Assembly (NCBI RefSeq): GCF_036321535.1
Contig: NC_087447.1
Coordinates: forward strand, 50,594,001-50,658,000
DNA length: 64,000 nucleotides
Direction: 5' to 3'
From: Camelus dromedarius
Lineage: Eukaryota
The translations under genes and the position numbers were made by a program. A model generated the notes under the pieces. The model searched no databases and was not told the origin of the DNA. It worked only from the letters and a program-made list of their open reading frames with translations. Below are positions 1 to 12,766 of the stretch, in pieces (the stretch's first letter is position 1; every line of letters begins with the position of its first letter).

Positions 1-639
1 CTAATCGTCCCAAAGTTAGTGATGTTTGCTTTGGGGTCGCCCTTGGACTTGGTTAGTTTGACACAGTCTCCTCGGGGACCTCACAGAGACACAGTGACCT
101 GTGAGCCCTGCCTGAAGGGACAGGCATTTCCCCTCATGTCTTTACACACACAGAGCTCCTCGACCACCTCCCCAGGAGCATGAGAAGTTTCCTGGTATAA
201 AGCTGATGCTCAGTGCTGGGGTCCACCGTGCCACGGCTTCCTCCCGTCTAGGGCACGTGGAGATTCCTGTCCAGAGCAGGCCTCTTCCTTTAGGAACATC
301 TGTGCTCACAGAAGGTAAGAGATGGAACTGAGCAGCCACAGTGTAGCCAGATGTTAATTTAAAGCAACAGGCACAAAAATAAATAGTTGTTTGTTTTTTT
401 TTAAACAACAGGCACTTCTCACTATTATTCCAGGGCAAAGGAGTGCCAGTATTTAAGGGGATACTAAAAAAGAAAAAGGTGATTCATTCCAGATGCAGAG
501 TATTTCATCACTACAAGAAAATTAACTATTTTGAATGATTGTCCCCTTGGCCTCAGAAGGGAGTGACTGAGTCCAGTGATCTCTAACGGGTGCCCGTGGT
601 GGGCTGGGCACTTCTACTCCCATTTTCCAGCTGCTTTTT

Positions 640-686
640 CACACACCCTACACACGTGCGCGCACACACTCACACATACACACACA
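640..686. repeat. Imperfect (CA)n / alternating purine-pyrimidine tract
   Basis: cacacaccctacacacgtgcgcgcacacactcacacatacacacaca. Confidence 0.8.
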
Positions 687-1519
687 GTCTAACATCCCTT
701 TAGATGGAAGTAGACAGGAGGAGAGATCAGAGGCAGCCAAAGTCTAAACTGACAGGGGCAGATATACCTTGGCATTGGGGCCTCCTTCAAGAAAGCTGTG
801 TGATCATTGGCATTTGTCTTGTGGGAGGGTCTGTGGGTCCTTGGCAGCCCTTCCCTCTCCCTGGGGATCTCCCACCTCTGGCACCTTGACATGGCTTTAA
901 CTTCTCTGGCTGAAAGCTATGCTTTTTCCCTCAGTTCAGCTCCCATTCAACTCCACTAGGGGTCACCTGCCCTTCTAGAAGGTCCTCTTAATCCAGCTCA
1001 TCTCCATGGAGAAACACCTGGCCATGGGAAACCCCCTTGCTGGGCCAGAATCTGGGCTGTTTCCAAAGCGCCCCACCTCACAACTTGACCACTAGTGGGC
1101 GCTCTAGCCAAGCCTCTCGCCCATAGACATTTCCAGGTATGGATCAGGGACCAGTCTTACACCCACTAAACGTTAAAATACATCCTCTGGGTGGTTCCCT
1201 GGAAGCCCCCCTCAGTTGGTTTAAGAAGGGAAGAAGCTCCCTTTTATCCTTCCCATGTGGGGATCAGGGCTGAGCGCAGACGAGAACAGAGATGGACAAT
1301 ACTGTCCACTCTCCAATGAGAGTTTCTTTGTTTCTTCTTTTTCTGCCAAAGTCTCAGCCTTCATATGTCTTCATGGTGGAGGTCTTAGTCTCTCAGCTTG
1401 TCCCGTGTAGGTTGTCTTGTTCTTGGAGTGTCCAAGATGTTCAAGGTCACTCGAGACAAACAGGAAGCTGTCTCAGCCCGGTCAGCTTCATTGATTCCAG
1501 CACCCCTCTGATTCACACA

Positions 1520-1735
1520 GAGTCAGTGGAATGTGGATTCAGATTCCCCGTCCTTTGCTTAACAAGCCCTTGGGGCAAGTTGCTGAACTCTTGGTTTCAA
1601 GTTCCTCACTTGCAAATTGGGTTTAAGAATCCCAAATTCATGGGGCTTGGGAGAAGTTAAGGGAGATAATATTGCAAGGCATTTGGCACAGTGTCCAGCT
1701 TGTAACAAATGCTCACCAAACAGGAATTATTATTC
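1520..1735 (+). mobile_element. MIR SINE (ancient)
   Basis: MIR core-like 'ccttggggcaagttgctgaactcttggtttcaagttcctcacttgcaaattggg' and 3' 'ggcatttggcacagtgtccagc...attattatt'. Confidence 0.7.
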
Positions 1736-2642
1736 ACATGGTCCTGCTGAGATGTGAGCTTCCTGCCCTCAGCCTGGGAGGCATTCAGGCTTTCAAGGGC
1801 TGTTCTGCAGCAGGATAATCTCATCCATGATACTGCCAGTTGCTAGTTTGGCTCCCCCAGGCAGAGGGTAAAGAACGTAGGGGTTATATCTACAAGGACT
1901 AACTCCCATCCTGCCTGGTCACTTCTCAGCTAGATGACCTGAGCTCCAGGTTTTTGCCCTGAAAAGAAAAGACAACGTCAAACTGGCTTGGAAAGAAACC
2001 CTCCTTGGCCTCACTGGGCTGTCGTGAGGACGAAATTAGGTGGCATATGGCAGGTGTCTGGCACAAGTCTTGCGGCCTGAGGGCTCTCAGCAGTGGTTAA
2101 TGCTGACACCCTCCCCACTGAGAGGGAGCAGTGGGGATGGTGTCTGTCATCTGCATGTCTTAATCCACAAAACTGTTGTGATGGTTGAAGAAAAGAGTGT
2201 GCAAGAGTGTACTTATTCAGGCTCACACTCATGGTATAGGGTGAGTGGGCTCTGAGGATTAGCAGGAAGAATGGAGAGGCCAGGGTGTCTCTGAAAACTT
2301 CCTGAAGAAGAAACCACTTTAAATCTCCTTCCCCAAGAAAGATTCAAAACAGTCTGTTCTGCTGAAATGTGTGTTTCTTTCACAGGAATAGCTCACACAC
2401 GATTGATAAAGAGAGGCATTGTGTCCATATTATGTGGACATATACTTCCACAAGTCATATTGAATCATATGCAATATATTGCAGCATGTTCATGTTTTGA
2501 AGGAGCAAGACTTCTCACAACAAAAAAAAAAAAGCTGTAGCATTTTATGAAGACCTTACAAAAATGCTGAAAATCTTGGCAGAAGCACTTTTCTCTGGTA
2601 TGAGTCATCACTGGTGTAGGGGCTTCAAAGAACCACTTTCTT

Positions 2643-2777
2643 GTGGTAGAGCACATGCTTAGCATGCACAAGGTCCTGTGTTTGATCCCCAGTACCTCCT
2701 CTATAAATAAATAAATACATACATACATACATACATACATACATACATACATACATACATACCCCCCCTCAAAAATT
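2643..2777 (+). mobile_element. 5'-truncated camelid-type tRNA-derived SINE with (TACA)n expansion in the tail
   Basis: gtggtagagcacatgcttagcatgcacaaggtcctgtgtttgatccccagtacctcc; (TACA)~12 at 2716-2762; degenerate TSD aaagaaccactttctt / aaagaatcacagtctt. Confidence 0.85.
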
Positions 2778-4254
2778 AAAAGAATCACAGTCTTTTCCAA
2801 TGTTAGACTCTCTTGGGCAGCAGAGGGCAGATATGGCTTCTGGTATTTAAGAAAAAAAAAAAAAACTTTGTTGTTGTTTTTGAAGAAGTCTAAACCTTAG
2901 ATCAGATTTTTCACTTTGGTGAACCCAATCTCTGTTAGAGGCAAATGCTGTAAAGAACTTGCATCTGGGAGGAAGTACAAAACCCCAGGCTTAAGGCCTC
3001 TGGGACAGTGACCACCAGACTGGTTGCAAATGCTGATTTAGCCCTGCTGCTGTTTTATTAGTATTGGTGCTGTTTTTGTTAGAGCTCTGCTTACAAAGTT
3101 ATTAAGTGCTCTGCCCCAAACTTGTTTTTCTGTTAGACCCTATCATTTTTACACCACACAACTTTGCAAAAGGATTTTGTTCTACTTGGTTTTGTTTTAT
3201 AAACAAAAGATCATATATATGGCATTATGGCAAAAATGCCCAAGTCAGGATCCTATCAGCAAATCAGAATTACTCAAACCTCCAAGAAGCAAAACTAACC
3301 TGCTTTGGGGGTAGTTCATTTCTCCTTACCCACACATTTTCCAGGTTTGATGAAAGTCATGCTATCAGGACTAGAGAATATTCCTCACATAGAATAAAGT
3401 GAAGCTCAGATGTCACCTCCTCCAGGAAGCCTTCCGTGCTGCCTTCTACCAGGTTGGGCTAGGGGCCCCTCCTCTGGGCTCCCCCAGCTTTCTACATTTC
3501 TCTGTCTTTGCTCAGATTACATCACGCGGTCATTGTCTGTGTCCACATCTGTTCCCACCCCCTAACCTGTTGTCACTAGACTTCCAGGTTCTAGGAACCA
3601 GAACAAGGCCAGCCATGGAGGTGGCATCAGGAAGCATTCTGAACTGAACAGAATGATATAGGAGCACAGTTGAGGGCTGGTGAATATAATAGGATGATTC
3701 TTTGCCTGTACTTCTAGTCATTAAGAATTTATTTCAGTTTACCATTGTAAGCCAGCAGTACGCCTGTTGGAAACACGTTCTATAAAGCTTGTGAAGTATT
3801 TCAATCCTGTTTACTAGCTCCGGCATAGGCTTCCTCTCAGCCTAACAATCTCCCTGAGCCTCGGGAGCTATGTGGATGCACACAAAACTGAGGACAGGAC
3901 CCAGAATGCTGCATGTGAACAATGAATAAAATCAGAGTAGCAGAGAATAGGGGGCATAAAAAAGCGCTGGGCTCTAAGTGAAGCCAAGCTCTCAGCCATA
4001 CTCTGCCATTCACATCCTGTGTGACCTGGAGAGTCACTTGGCCTCCCTGGGCTGCAGTTTCTGCCTCTGTGGAATGGGGGCCTTGAGGTAGGTTCCACTA
4101 CTTGTTCAACATAACTGTTCACAGTCCCACAGAGGAAACACTGAAAATGAGGCTGCTCTCGGGAAGTCACAGCCTGGAGAGTGAGACAGGCTCATGCCCA
4201 TGCGCTCCTTGGGTGGAGGGAGGAGGAATTAACATTTAACATTAACTGGGAAGC

Positions 4255-4425
4255 ACAAGCTATGTCCCCAGTACTTTAATATCTAAGCTAAGCTTCCTCT
4301 AAGGCAAGCATTATTACCCCTGTTTTATAGCTGGGGAAACTGAGGCTTAAGAAGTTAAGTGACCTATATGTGCTAGCAAGCACCAGAGCTGGCATTTGAA
4401 CCCAGGTTGGCCTGACTCTAAAGAC
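4255..4425 (-). mobile_element. MIR SINE
   Basis: 'tattacccctgttttatagctggggaaactgaggcttaagaagttaagtgac...atttgaacccagg'. Confidence 0.75.
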
Positions 4426-4614
4426 TAAAATGGTTCCCACCCAATTTGACCGGTCTATGACTTCATGATATTAAAAAAAATTAATTTGAGAGAATGCATG
4501 TTTATTTCCTTCCTTAAATCCTGGTTTTTAATTACTTAAGTTTAAAAAAATTCCTGATTCAGGAAATGAATAATGTTCTGTTTTAGATTATTTGTCACAA
4601 AAAGCTGAAAGATG

Positions 4615-5180
4615 GCTCATTCATTCCCTCACTCATTCACTCAATCATTCAACAAATACTTATTGAGGGTTTACTATATACTGACCGCATGCTGTTCTAA
4701 GCACTGGATGTACCATAATGAACCAAGATTGTCAGGGTCTCTGTTCTCATGGAGCTGATTTTGTATTCAGAAGACAGACAATAAAGATGAAAACCACTAA
4801 TTAAGATGACTTCGGTTTATTATATACGTTTTAGGAGACATGTAAACTTGGAGAATTGATACAGCAGATTGGAGGGAAGGGATCCATCTAAGGTAAGGTA
4901 GTTAAAAGTGGCCTCTCTGAGGAGATGAAATTTGAGCTGAGATCAGGTTGAGAAGGACCTCGCCACCTGATGATCTAGGAAAAGTGCTTCCTAGGCTGAG
5001 GGAACAGCAGGTGAAAAGGCACTGAGGAGGGACAAGCAAGACTCTCTGAGGAACAGAAAGGAAGCCAGGGTGGCTGGAGTAGATGAATGATACAGAAAGC
5101 GGCAGAAAACAATGTAGGAAGGAAATGGGATCATATGGGGCCACGGCGCAGAGTTTAGATAACTAGAGAAGGTCACTGGT
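4615..5180 (-). mobile_element. L2 LINE 3' fragment
   Basis: Antisense L2 tail 'cattcaacaaatacttattgag' followed by L2 body 'ggcctctctgaggagatgaaatttgagctgag...gtggctggag'. Confidence 0.75.
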
Positions 5181-5738
5181 AAGCAGAAGGTAAGCAGGGT
5201 AATGGCATTCAGCCTTAGAGACCACAGGACCCATAGAGTCATTCTGACTCAAGCACCTCACATTGGTCCAGGGGAAGAGACCTGTCCAGAGACTAACAGG
5301 TGACCCTGTTAGTGATAGAGCCAGGAGTTACTGGGCAACTCCATTTGGGCAGAGCCCTTAGCTAAACCACTGACACCCAGGTTGTAATGTAACTGCCCAA
5401 CCACCACCCTGGCCCAGGCCACCAGTCTGTCTCTCTCCTGCTCAATTGCACCAACCTTCACTGGTCTTCTGACTCGCACCTTACTCTCCTAGGGTTTATT
5501 GTCTACACGTGGTAAAGCTTAATTTAGATAATGCTTCGCCTCTGCTCAACACCTCTGACAGCTTCCCTGTACCTCACTGGACCTGTTTGTTTGTTTCCCC
5601 ACAATCCCTGAGAGTAGGCCCTTGTCTTAAATATCCTTGGATGCTTGGTGTGCTGGCTATTGGATCTAGCACATAAATGGAGCTCAATAACTGCTGGATG
5701 AATAAATAAATGTGTGTAAATATAAAATCTGCAAACAA

Positions 5739-6091
5739 CATATGAGATTGCTCATATGTGGAATCAAAAAAAAAAAAAGAACATGTATACAAAACAGAAA
5801 GAGACTCATAGACATAGAATATAAACTTTTGGTTGCCAAGGGGGAGGGGGGTAGGAAGGGATAGACTGGGAGTTCAAAATTTGTAGATATTGACAGGCAT
5901 ATGTAAAATAGATAAACAAGATTATACTGTATAGCACAGGGAAATATATATAAGATCTTGTGGGAGCTCACAACAAAAAAAAAGTAACAATGAATATATG
6001 TATGTTCATGTATAACTGAAAAATTGTGCTCTACACTGAAATTTGACACAACATTGTAAAATGACTATAACTCAAGAAAAAAAATGTAAAA
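5739..6091 (+). mobile_element. Young 5'-truncated L1 3' UTR
   Basis: L1 3' UTR text and A-rich tail, with a perfect 15-bp TSD aaaatctgcaaacaa at 5724-5738 and 6092-6106. Closely similar to 37237-37580. Confidence 0.92.
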
Positions 6092-6164
6092 AAAATCTGC
6101 AAACAAGCACACTAGGTGATATAATTGATGTTTATGGAGGAGAATCTCTCTAGTTATTATTTGT

Positions 6165-6390
6165 GGATAGCATACTGGTTAAGAGCATGGGCTTTGAACC
6201 AGACTGCCTGGGTTCCAATCCCATCTCTTCCACTTATCAGTGCTTTGACCTTGGATAAGTCATTAGCCCCTTTGTATCTGTTTCCTTGTCTGTCTGATGG
6301 GGATAATAATAGTATCTAACTCACAGTGTTGTTGCAAGTATTAAATTAGTTGGTATACATAAAAAACTACTACTAGTCATGGATATCACT
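6165..6390 (+). mobile_element. MIR SINE
   Basis: 'tagcatactggttaagagcatgggctttgaaccagactgcctgggttccaatccc...gggataataatagtatctaactcacag'. Confidence 0.8.
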
Positions 6391-9300
6391 ACTGATACCT
6401 CCATATGCAGTGAGGAAGATGAATGCCAGAAAGGTCTGGGTGGCTTCCATGGAGACTCCTGGTATGGGAGACGAAGTGCTGTTTTTGGAAGTTTCCCCCA
6501 ATTTGCTGGTGCAAACTAGGGCAAGTCACTGCACCCTTCAGAATCTGTTTCCACATCTGAAAAATGGAGATAATCTTGCTTACTCCCTGTAGCTTTGAGA
6601 TCAAGTATATCAAGTTTCTGGCACAGTACCTAACACCTAATATAAAGGCAACAAATATTTCTATCTTCTCTCGCTGGCCTGTGAGCTTGTCAAGCATAGG
6701 ATCCTTGTTAACTCTGCCAGAATCTGCCCACACCCTCATGTCTAACACAGAGCCTGGCCCTGTGAACAGACAATAAACAGAGAGCGAACAGAGAATAAAT
6801 GCTTGTGGACTCCTAAGGAGGCTGCCTTTCCCTATTCACACATCTGTCCCCTCCGTTTCATTTTTTCTGCAAGAAATCTCGCCCAGAGAATAATCATCTC
6901 TCACAGTGGCTATGCCAATGGCAACCTACCCATCTCCCCATTCAGAGAAGGCTGGTCTCTCCAGCTTACTGAATATGGCACCAGATTCGTCTTTCTAAAG
7001 CACAGCTCAGAGCACACCCCTTGCCTTGCACAGAAGCCTTTGTGGTCCTCCAGAGCTGCACCACCCTACCCTGTTCCTTAGGCTGGTGTTTGAGGCGCAT
7101 CACAGGCTCACCCAAACTTTCTCTTCTCCTCTAGCATTACACACACACACACACACATGCATACACACAGGCATCAGACCAAATCATAGTTCCTTGGGTC
7201 TTGATATCACTGTAACCTTGCTTACACTGTCCCCTCCGCTTGGAGTGGCCTCCCAAATCATCAAACCCCCATATCCCAAGGTCCCAGTCTAATGCCACCT
7301 CTCCACCTGGCTTCACCCAGTTGCACAAGCTAGAAGCTAGAAGTGTCCCTCCTGCACCTAAGTTCCTGCAGTGCTTAACGGTAGGGCTCCTCGCCCACTC
7401 GCCAGTCCAGACGTTGTATTGTGTTAACCTGTGCGCAGGAGCAAAGTGGGCACCCAGTCAATGGGATGATGAATGTGGGTTGGCCTCCCCCAACCCATAA
7501 GGGTAGGGATGTGTCTCCTCCACCTCTGCACCTCTCCTTTCTCACACACGTAAACGTTTTCTTGAACACAGCAGGAGCATACATAGTGCGTACTTGATAG
7601 ATGAGTCACCTAGCCTTTCCTGTCCTGGTGCTCAAAGGTGTCTTGAATCAGCTCTCTTGGCCCTCAGTCCTGCTGATTGCCCTAAGTCAGACCACACCAT
7701 CTTTCACCTGGCCTGTTACACTGGCCTCCTAGTAGTCTCCCTTCTTCCCTTCTAAGCCCTACACCGACTATCAGAGTGGCCTTTCTAAAACAAAATCTCA
7801 TCATGCCTTTCTTGGGCTGAAAACCTTCCCACTGCCACGGGATAAAGCCTCAGCTGCCTTCCTCTTCAGCCTCCTCCTCTGCTCCCCCATGCACCCCTGC
7901 CCCCGCATCCTTCTTTGCACTCCTCCAGAGCTACGTGTAATACTGTGGCCACCTTGTCTTGTTTCATGTCTTTGTGTCTTGGCATAGCTGTTTCCACTCC
8001 TTTAAATGACACCCCACCTCCACTCCCTGTCCCCTGACTTCTGATAAACAGCTGCCCATGCCTCCACACCCAGTTCTGAAGGTAGTTTCCTCTGTGAAGG
8101 AGATGGCTGACCGCTGAACACCCCCGACACTAGCTATACGTCCACCCCACAATACTGGGCATTCACTGTGCACCAGACACTCCCTCGGGGCAGCTGCTGC
8201 ACTGGCCAGATTCCTGTGGTTGTAGTCATCACCCTGTGTTGACGTGAGCTGTGCTCATACCTGCCCTGTTTCCTCGCCTGGAGCCTTGAGGTCCAGGTGC
8301 CTGCACACATAGGAGACAGGAAAAGAGCCACATGCATGCAGGGGAGTGGAGGGGAGGAAGTCAAGTGGGGAATAGGGTAGGACAACCGCAAAGGTCCCAC
8401 CCAGGGCTGCCAGGGCCTCTTGCATTTTATTTTAGAGTCCAGGATTTTGCTGGTTAATAGCAAAGATGCTTCAGCTTCAGCTGTCCGGGGGCTCCTGATC
8501 AGGCTTCGGGGAGTGGTACTCAGTGGCAAGGTCCACAAGAAGCAGCTCCTGAGATGCTAGGCAATGATCAGGTCCTGCAAGCTGCTGACACCGCAGCGCA
8601 GTGCAAAATGCAGCTTTGTCATCATCAGCGTGGCAGGAAATAAGTCAGTTTTGGCCTTGGCTTCAACAGTTCAGACCCTCAAGGCCCTGGCAGCCTTGGG
8701 TCATTCTTCTCTTTAAAAAAGCTTGCCAATGCCCACTTTGTGTATGGCACTGAGGACACAGACAGAAATTAGATATTTCCTGCCCCAGAGAAGCAGCTTG
8801 TCTAGGGGAAGCAGGCAGCGTGCTCCAAGACGCTTCCCTGAACAAGTAAGTCACCACGTGGCTAAGTCCCAAAGAGTAGGTTCCTGAAGGAAGGAGGAGC
8901 CTGGTGCACTCTAGGAACTGAGAGAAGATAAGTGGGGAGTACCTGGAAATCAGGGACAAGATCCCAAGGTGATCTGCAGAGGTTGTCGAGGGGAGGGGGG
9001 CGCAGCCTTCTAACTATTACAACATCTAATGCTCACTACACTACTACTACTATGCCGTAATGCACTCACTACGTGTCAGGCCCTCTTCTAGATGTTTTAC
9101 ATGTGTTAATTCCTTTAATTGTCCTGATAACCTATAAGGTTAATAATTGTGATTATTATCCTATGAGCCAAGGGAAGCCACTGAATGGTGTCAGGGAAAA
9201 GAGATCAGATCTATGTATCAGAAATTTCCCTCTGGCTCGGGTAGGGAGCACTGAAGGGGGTCAGAGTGGGTACTCTGATGAGGAGATTCTGAGTGGATAC

Positions 9301-9739
9301 CTGATGGGGAGACCTATCAGGAGGCCCACACTAGTGGTCCAGGGGTGGCTGTGGGGCTGGAGAGAGACCTGACAGAGAGAGCTGACAGAACTGGTTAGCA
9401 CTCACTAGCAGGACTCAGCCCAGGCCTCCAATAAACCTCTTCTCCTCCTCTAGGCGAGTTATAGACTGGCCCATGCCTTGCTTCTTTATTATAATCCTCA
9501 TCTTACCCAACCCCAGACTCTAGGTCAATTTTCCAACAAGCAAATCAGAAAACGTCAGCTGCCCAAACAAATAATTCTCTAAGCCATCACTTTGCCAAAT
9601 GGTCAATAAGTAAAAAACTAATTCACCAAAAGCCAAATCACTCAAAGTTAATTCCCCAAATTTGCTTGCTTCTTTTTAAAACTATCACACAATTTATGCA
9701 GTTTGTATTAGATGGGATAGATGTTTTGGTTTGTATTAA

Positions 9740-10430
9740 TATTAAGTAGGCAAAAGTAAATACTTATAAAATATGCATAAAGTATTTTTTAAATGATACA
9801 ACAAAACTCCTGCACCCAAAACCAGTTTTTAAAAACGAAGATTATCATAGTTTTTAAGTTAAAAAAATGAACATTACCATAACCTTGGAAACCCTGAGGG
9901 CCCCTTCCTCATCCCATCACCTCCCTTCTCATCCCAAAGATAATCACATTTCCAAATAGTCTGCCTTTCTCCCTTGCTTTTATTTCTTTTTTTAAAAAAA
10001 ATTTATGTTTATTTTAATGGAGGCACTGGGGATTGAACCCAGGACCTTGGGCATGCTAAGCACATGCTCGACCACTGAGCTATACCCTCCTTCCCCACTT
10101 GCTTTTCTCTATAGCTACATATTTGTATCTTCAAAGAGGTTTTTTTCTAGTTTTGCATGTTTTTGAACTTTATATAGAAGGAATTAGAGTGCATGTGTTT
10201 TTCTGTGACTTATTTTTTCATTCTACATTGTATTTCTGAGATTCATACTTATTGATGCATAGACTTCTAATTCATTCATTTTCTTGGCTGTATAGTATTT
10301 TATTCTGTTTTATGAATAGATTATAATATATGCATCCACTGAGTTAAGGGACACTTAAGATGATTCCAGTGTTTTTCCATTATACATAGTGCTGCTAGGA
10401 ACATTCTTGGATATGTCTCTGAGGGCACTA
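9740..10430 (-). mobile_element. Old L1M (L1MC/ME-type) 3' fragment
   Basis: 'gcatgtttttgaactttatatagaagg...gagattcatacttattgatgc...gtgctgctaggaacattctt'; interrupted by a SINE. Confidence 0.7.
9982..10097 (-). mobile_element. Camelid-type tRNA-derived SINE
   Basis: Antisense 'ggaggcactggggattgaacccaggacc...ccactgagctataccctcc'; TSD cttgctttt at 9973-9981 and 10098-10106. Confidence 0.9.
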
Positions 10431-11766
10431 TGCAATGGAATTGATCTAACTCATTCTTGACAGTAATCCTTAATTACATATAATTAACCTCATTTTATAG
10501 ATAAAGTAATTGAGGTTCAGAAAATTTAAATGACTAAAGATATGAATCGAATTAGAAGTGCAAGACTTTTATACATTAAATCTCTCCACCTTATGAAGTG
10601 ATCTCTCAGAGGAGAAACCCACCCTCTGACCCATTCCCTAAGCAAAGAGTTCCTCTCTGAACAACTTCTACTCCCAATCCCCTCCCCCTCCCCCACCCAC
10701 CCCATTCCTCATAGCATCCCACCAGTCCCTCCCTCCCAACCTTTTTCCTCCCTGTCCCCTTCCTCTCTATCACTAAACCCCACCACTGTCCAGATTTCAA
10801 CTTGATGCTGACCACCCACTGAGTTAGAACCAAGAGTCAAAGACACTAATCTTCCACTCACCCTTCCCACCTTCCCTATCTCCCAACCCCTTGCCCCCAG
10901 CCAGGCATCTTCCCTCCTCTTCTGACCACCTACACCTATGTTCGACTCTGGGGATCCTATTACTCTGCCAAGTATGCAACCTATCCGTCTCCCAAATGGG
11001 AGCTCTTTGAGCAAGGGTCTGGGTCTTTCACATCTATTTCCACAGCAGTTTCAGAGAACTTCTCTAGCGGTATTTAGCACCCTTTCTCTCATGTTATTAA
11101 GGACCTGTCTTATTCTCCTTTATCTCCCCAGGGCCTTGCACAGAGTGAGTAACAAATATTTAATGAAAGGACTGATTTTCACCCAAACCACTTCATGTGC
11201 CATGCCTGAATTAATTTCAGTTAATGGTTACTAATCTGCTTTAAGTACCAAACAGTGTGCAAAGCCCTCCTGCTCTTGGTGAGCCAAGCCACTTCCTCCA
11301 TCTCATCTCTCCAGGCTCAAGCAGAGGACCTACCCTACATCTGGTACCTTTTTGGGCACAGTCTTCTCTGAGATATCCTAAAATTCTAGCCCCTAACAAC
11401 AAGCACTAATATTCACATAGCTCTTTTGAGTTTAAGCAGCACTGTCAGACCCATTTGATCTGTCCAACCACCAGTGCTGCAGGTGTCATAATCCCCATTT
11501 TGCAGATAAGAAAACCAAAGTCCAGAAACAGAAAGTGATTTGCCCTGGTCCACACAGAAAGTCTCCAGAATTGAATCCAACTTTTCTAACTTGAGAGCCT
11601 TCGCCTTTCCACTCCATTTAGCCATCTCCTCCATGAAGCCTTTCGTCTAGGGAATGGAAGTTGACAAGGTAGTACTGTGTGGTGGGAAACAATGCCAGCT
11701 TGGGGTAAGTCAGTCTTTGAGTTTAAGTTGAGTTTGAGCTCTATCACTTAGTAACTGTGTGATCTT

Positions 11767-11845
11767 TTAATTTTTTTAATTTTATTTATTTTTGTTTCTT
11801 TGTTTTTTGGGAGGAGGTTATTAGATAGCTATACCCTTGCCCCCA
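11767..11845 (-). mobile_element. Internally deleted camelid-type SINE inside a MIR
   Basis: Head (gggtatagct) is joined directly to tail (ctaataacctcctccc + A-rich); TSD taactgtgt(t)gatctt at 11752-11766 and 11846-11861. Confidence 0.8.
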
Positions 11846-11971
11846 TAACTGTGTTGATCTTAAGTCACTAACATCCTTAATCTTGAGTGCTTCATCTGCA
11901 AATAGGGCAGTAGCACCTACCTCACAAAATTATGAGAATTCAATTAAAAATTTTGTATAAACTACCTTACA

Positions 11972-12766
11972 TGCATGGATAAAAAATGTCACCTGTCATA
12001 TCGGTAAACTAAGGATGTTGAGGCCATAAAGCCATCAGCCACTGTAGCCCCACCCCCACCCCCACCCCAGACTGTGCTCCTTGAGGGGATTCAGGATGGA
12101 GAAGAGGATACTGGCCCTAACAATTAAGGTTCATATCAAAGGAACGATTTCAATGAGCCCAGACTCTTCCATCTTCCCATACATAGAAAAGTGCTAAATT
12201 CACTAACTTGAGATGTCTGTTTTTCTTTAACAGTAATCTTTTTGATGTTCTGGCTACCTGGTTTTTGTCCCCAAAACGCTTACATATACTGGGTTCTCCC
12301 TTACCTCTTCAGAGCAGACCCTCAGAGCTGTCACCCCAAAATGTGCCACTTTGGCATGTTATTTTCAGTTATTTTGAGCTGAAGGCAATCAAGACCCAGC
12401 AGACTTAGGAAAAGCTTTTTACCTCTCCCTTAACTGCCTAAAAGAATTTAGAAAAGGGGCCTATACCAAGAAGGGAGCTATTACCAAAGAAAACTTTTTC
12501 ATCTGAGAGACATATCCTTGTTGCAGGGCAAACATTTGTTTGTCAAACATTTGCTCTTCTCACCTTCCTGTGAATTGCCTTCCCCTCTTTGGAGCCCCAG
12601 ACCCCTTAGCTCAGGATCGTAGCTGAACCTAAATTGCTTGGCTGCCTTTGAGTCTCACATATTTTTGGAATTTTTTTTCTGTTCATTTGTCTTTTTATTA
12701 TAGAGGCAGGATATCTCAGCCAAGAACTTAAAACAGTAAAAGAAAAATTATTTTTCCTTCCCTACA
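11972..12766 (+). mobile_element. ERV1-class solo LTR; 3' part MER34-like
   Basis: 'caccccaaaatgtgccactttggcatg...ttattttgagctgaaggcaat' and terminal 'aaaaattatttttccttccctaca'. The 5' boundary is uncertain. Confidence 0.65.

Noticed and set aside
1..540. Possible 3' end of the upstream neighbour (TSKU by human synteny), AATAAA at 379
   Set aside because: No coding sequence or recognisable UTR supports it, and the hexamer lies in a small duplicated insert.
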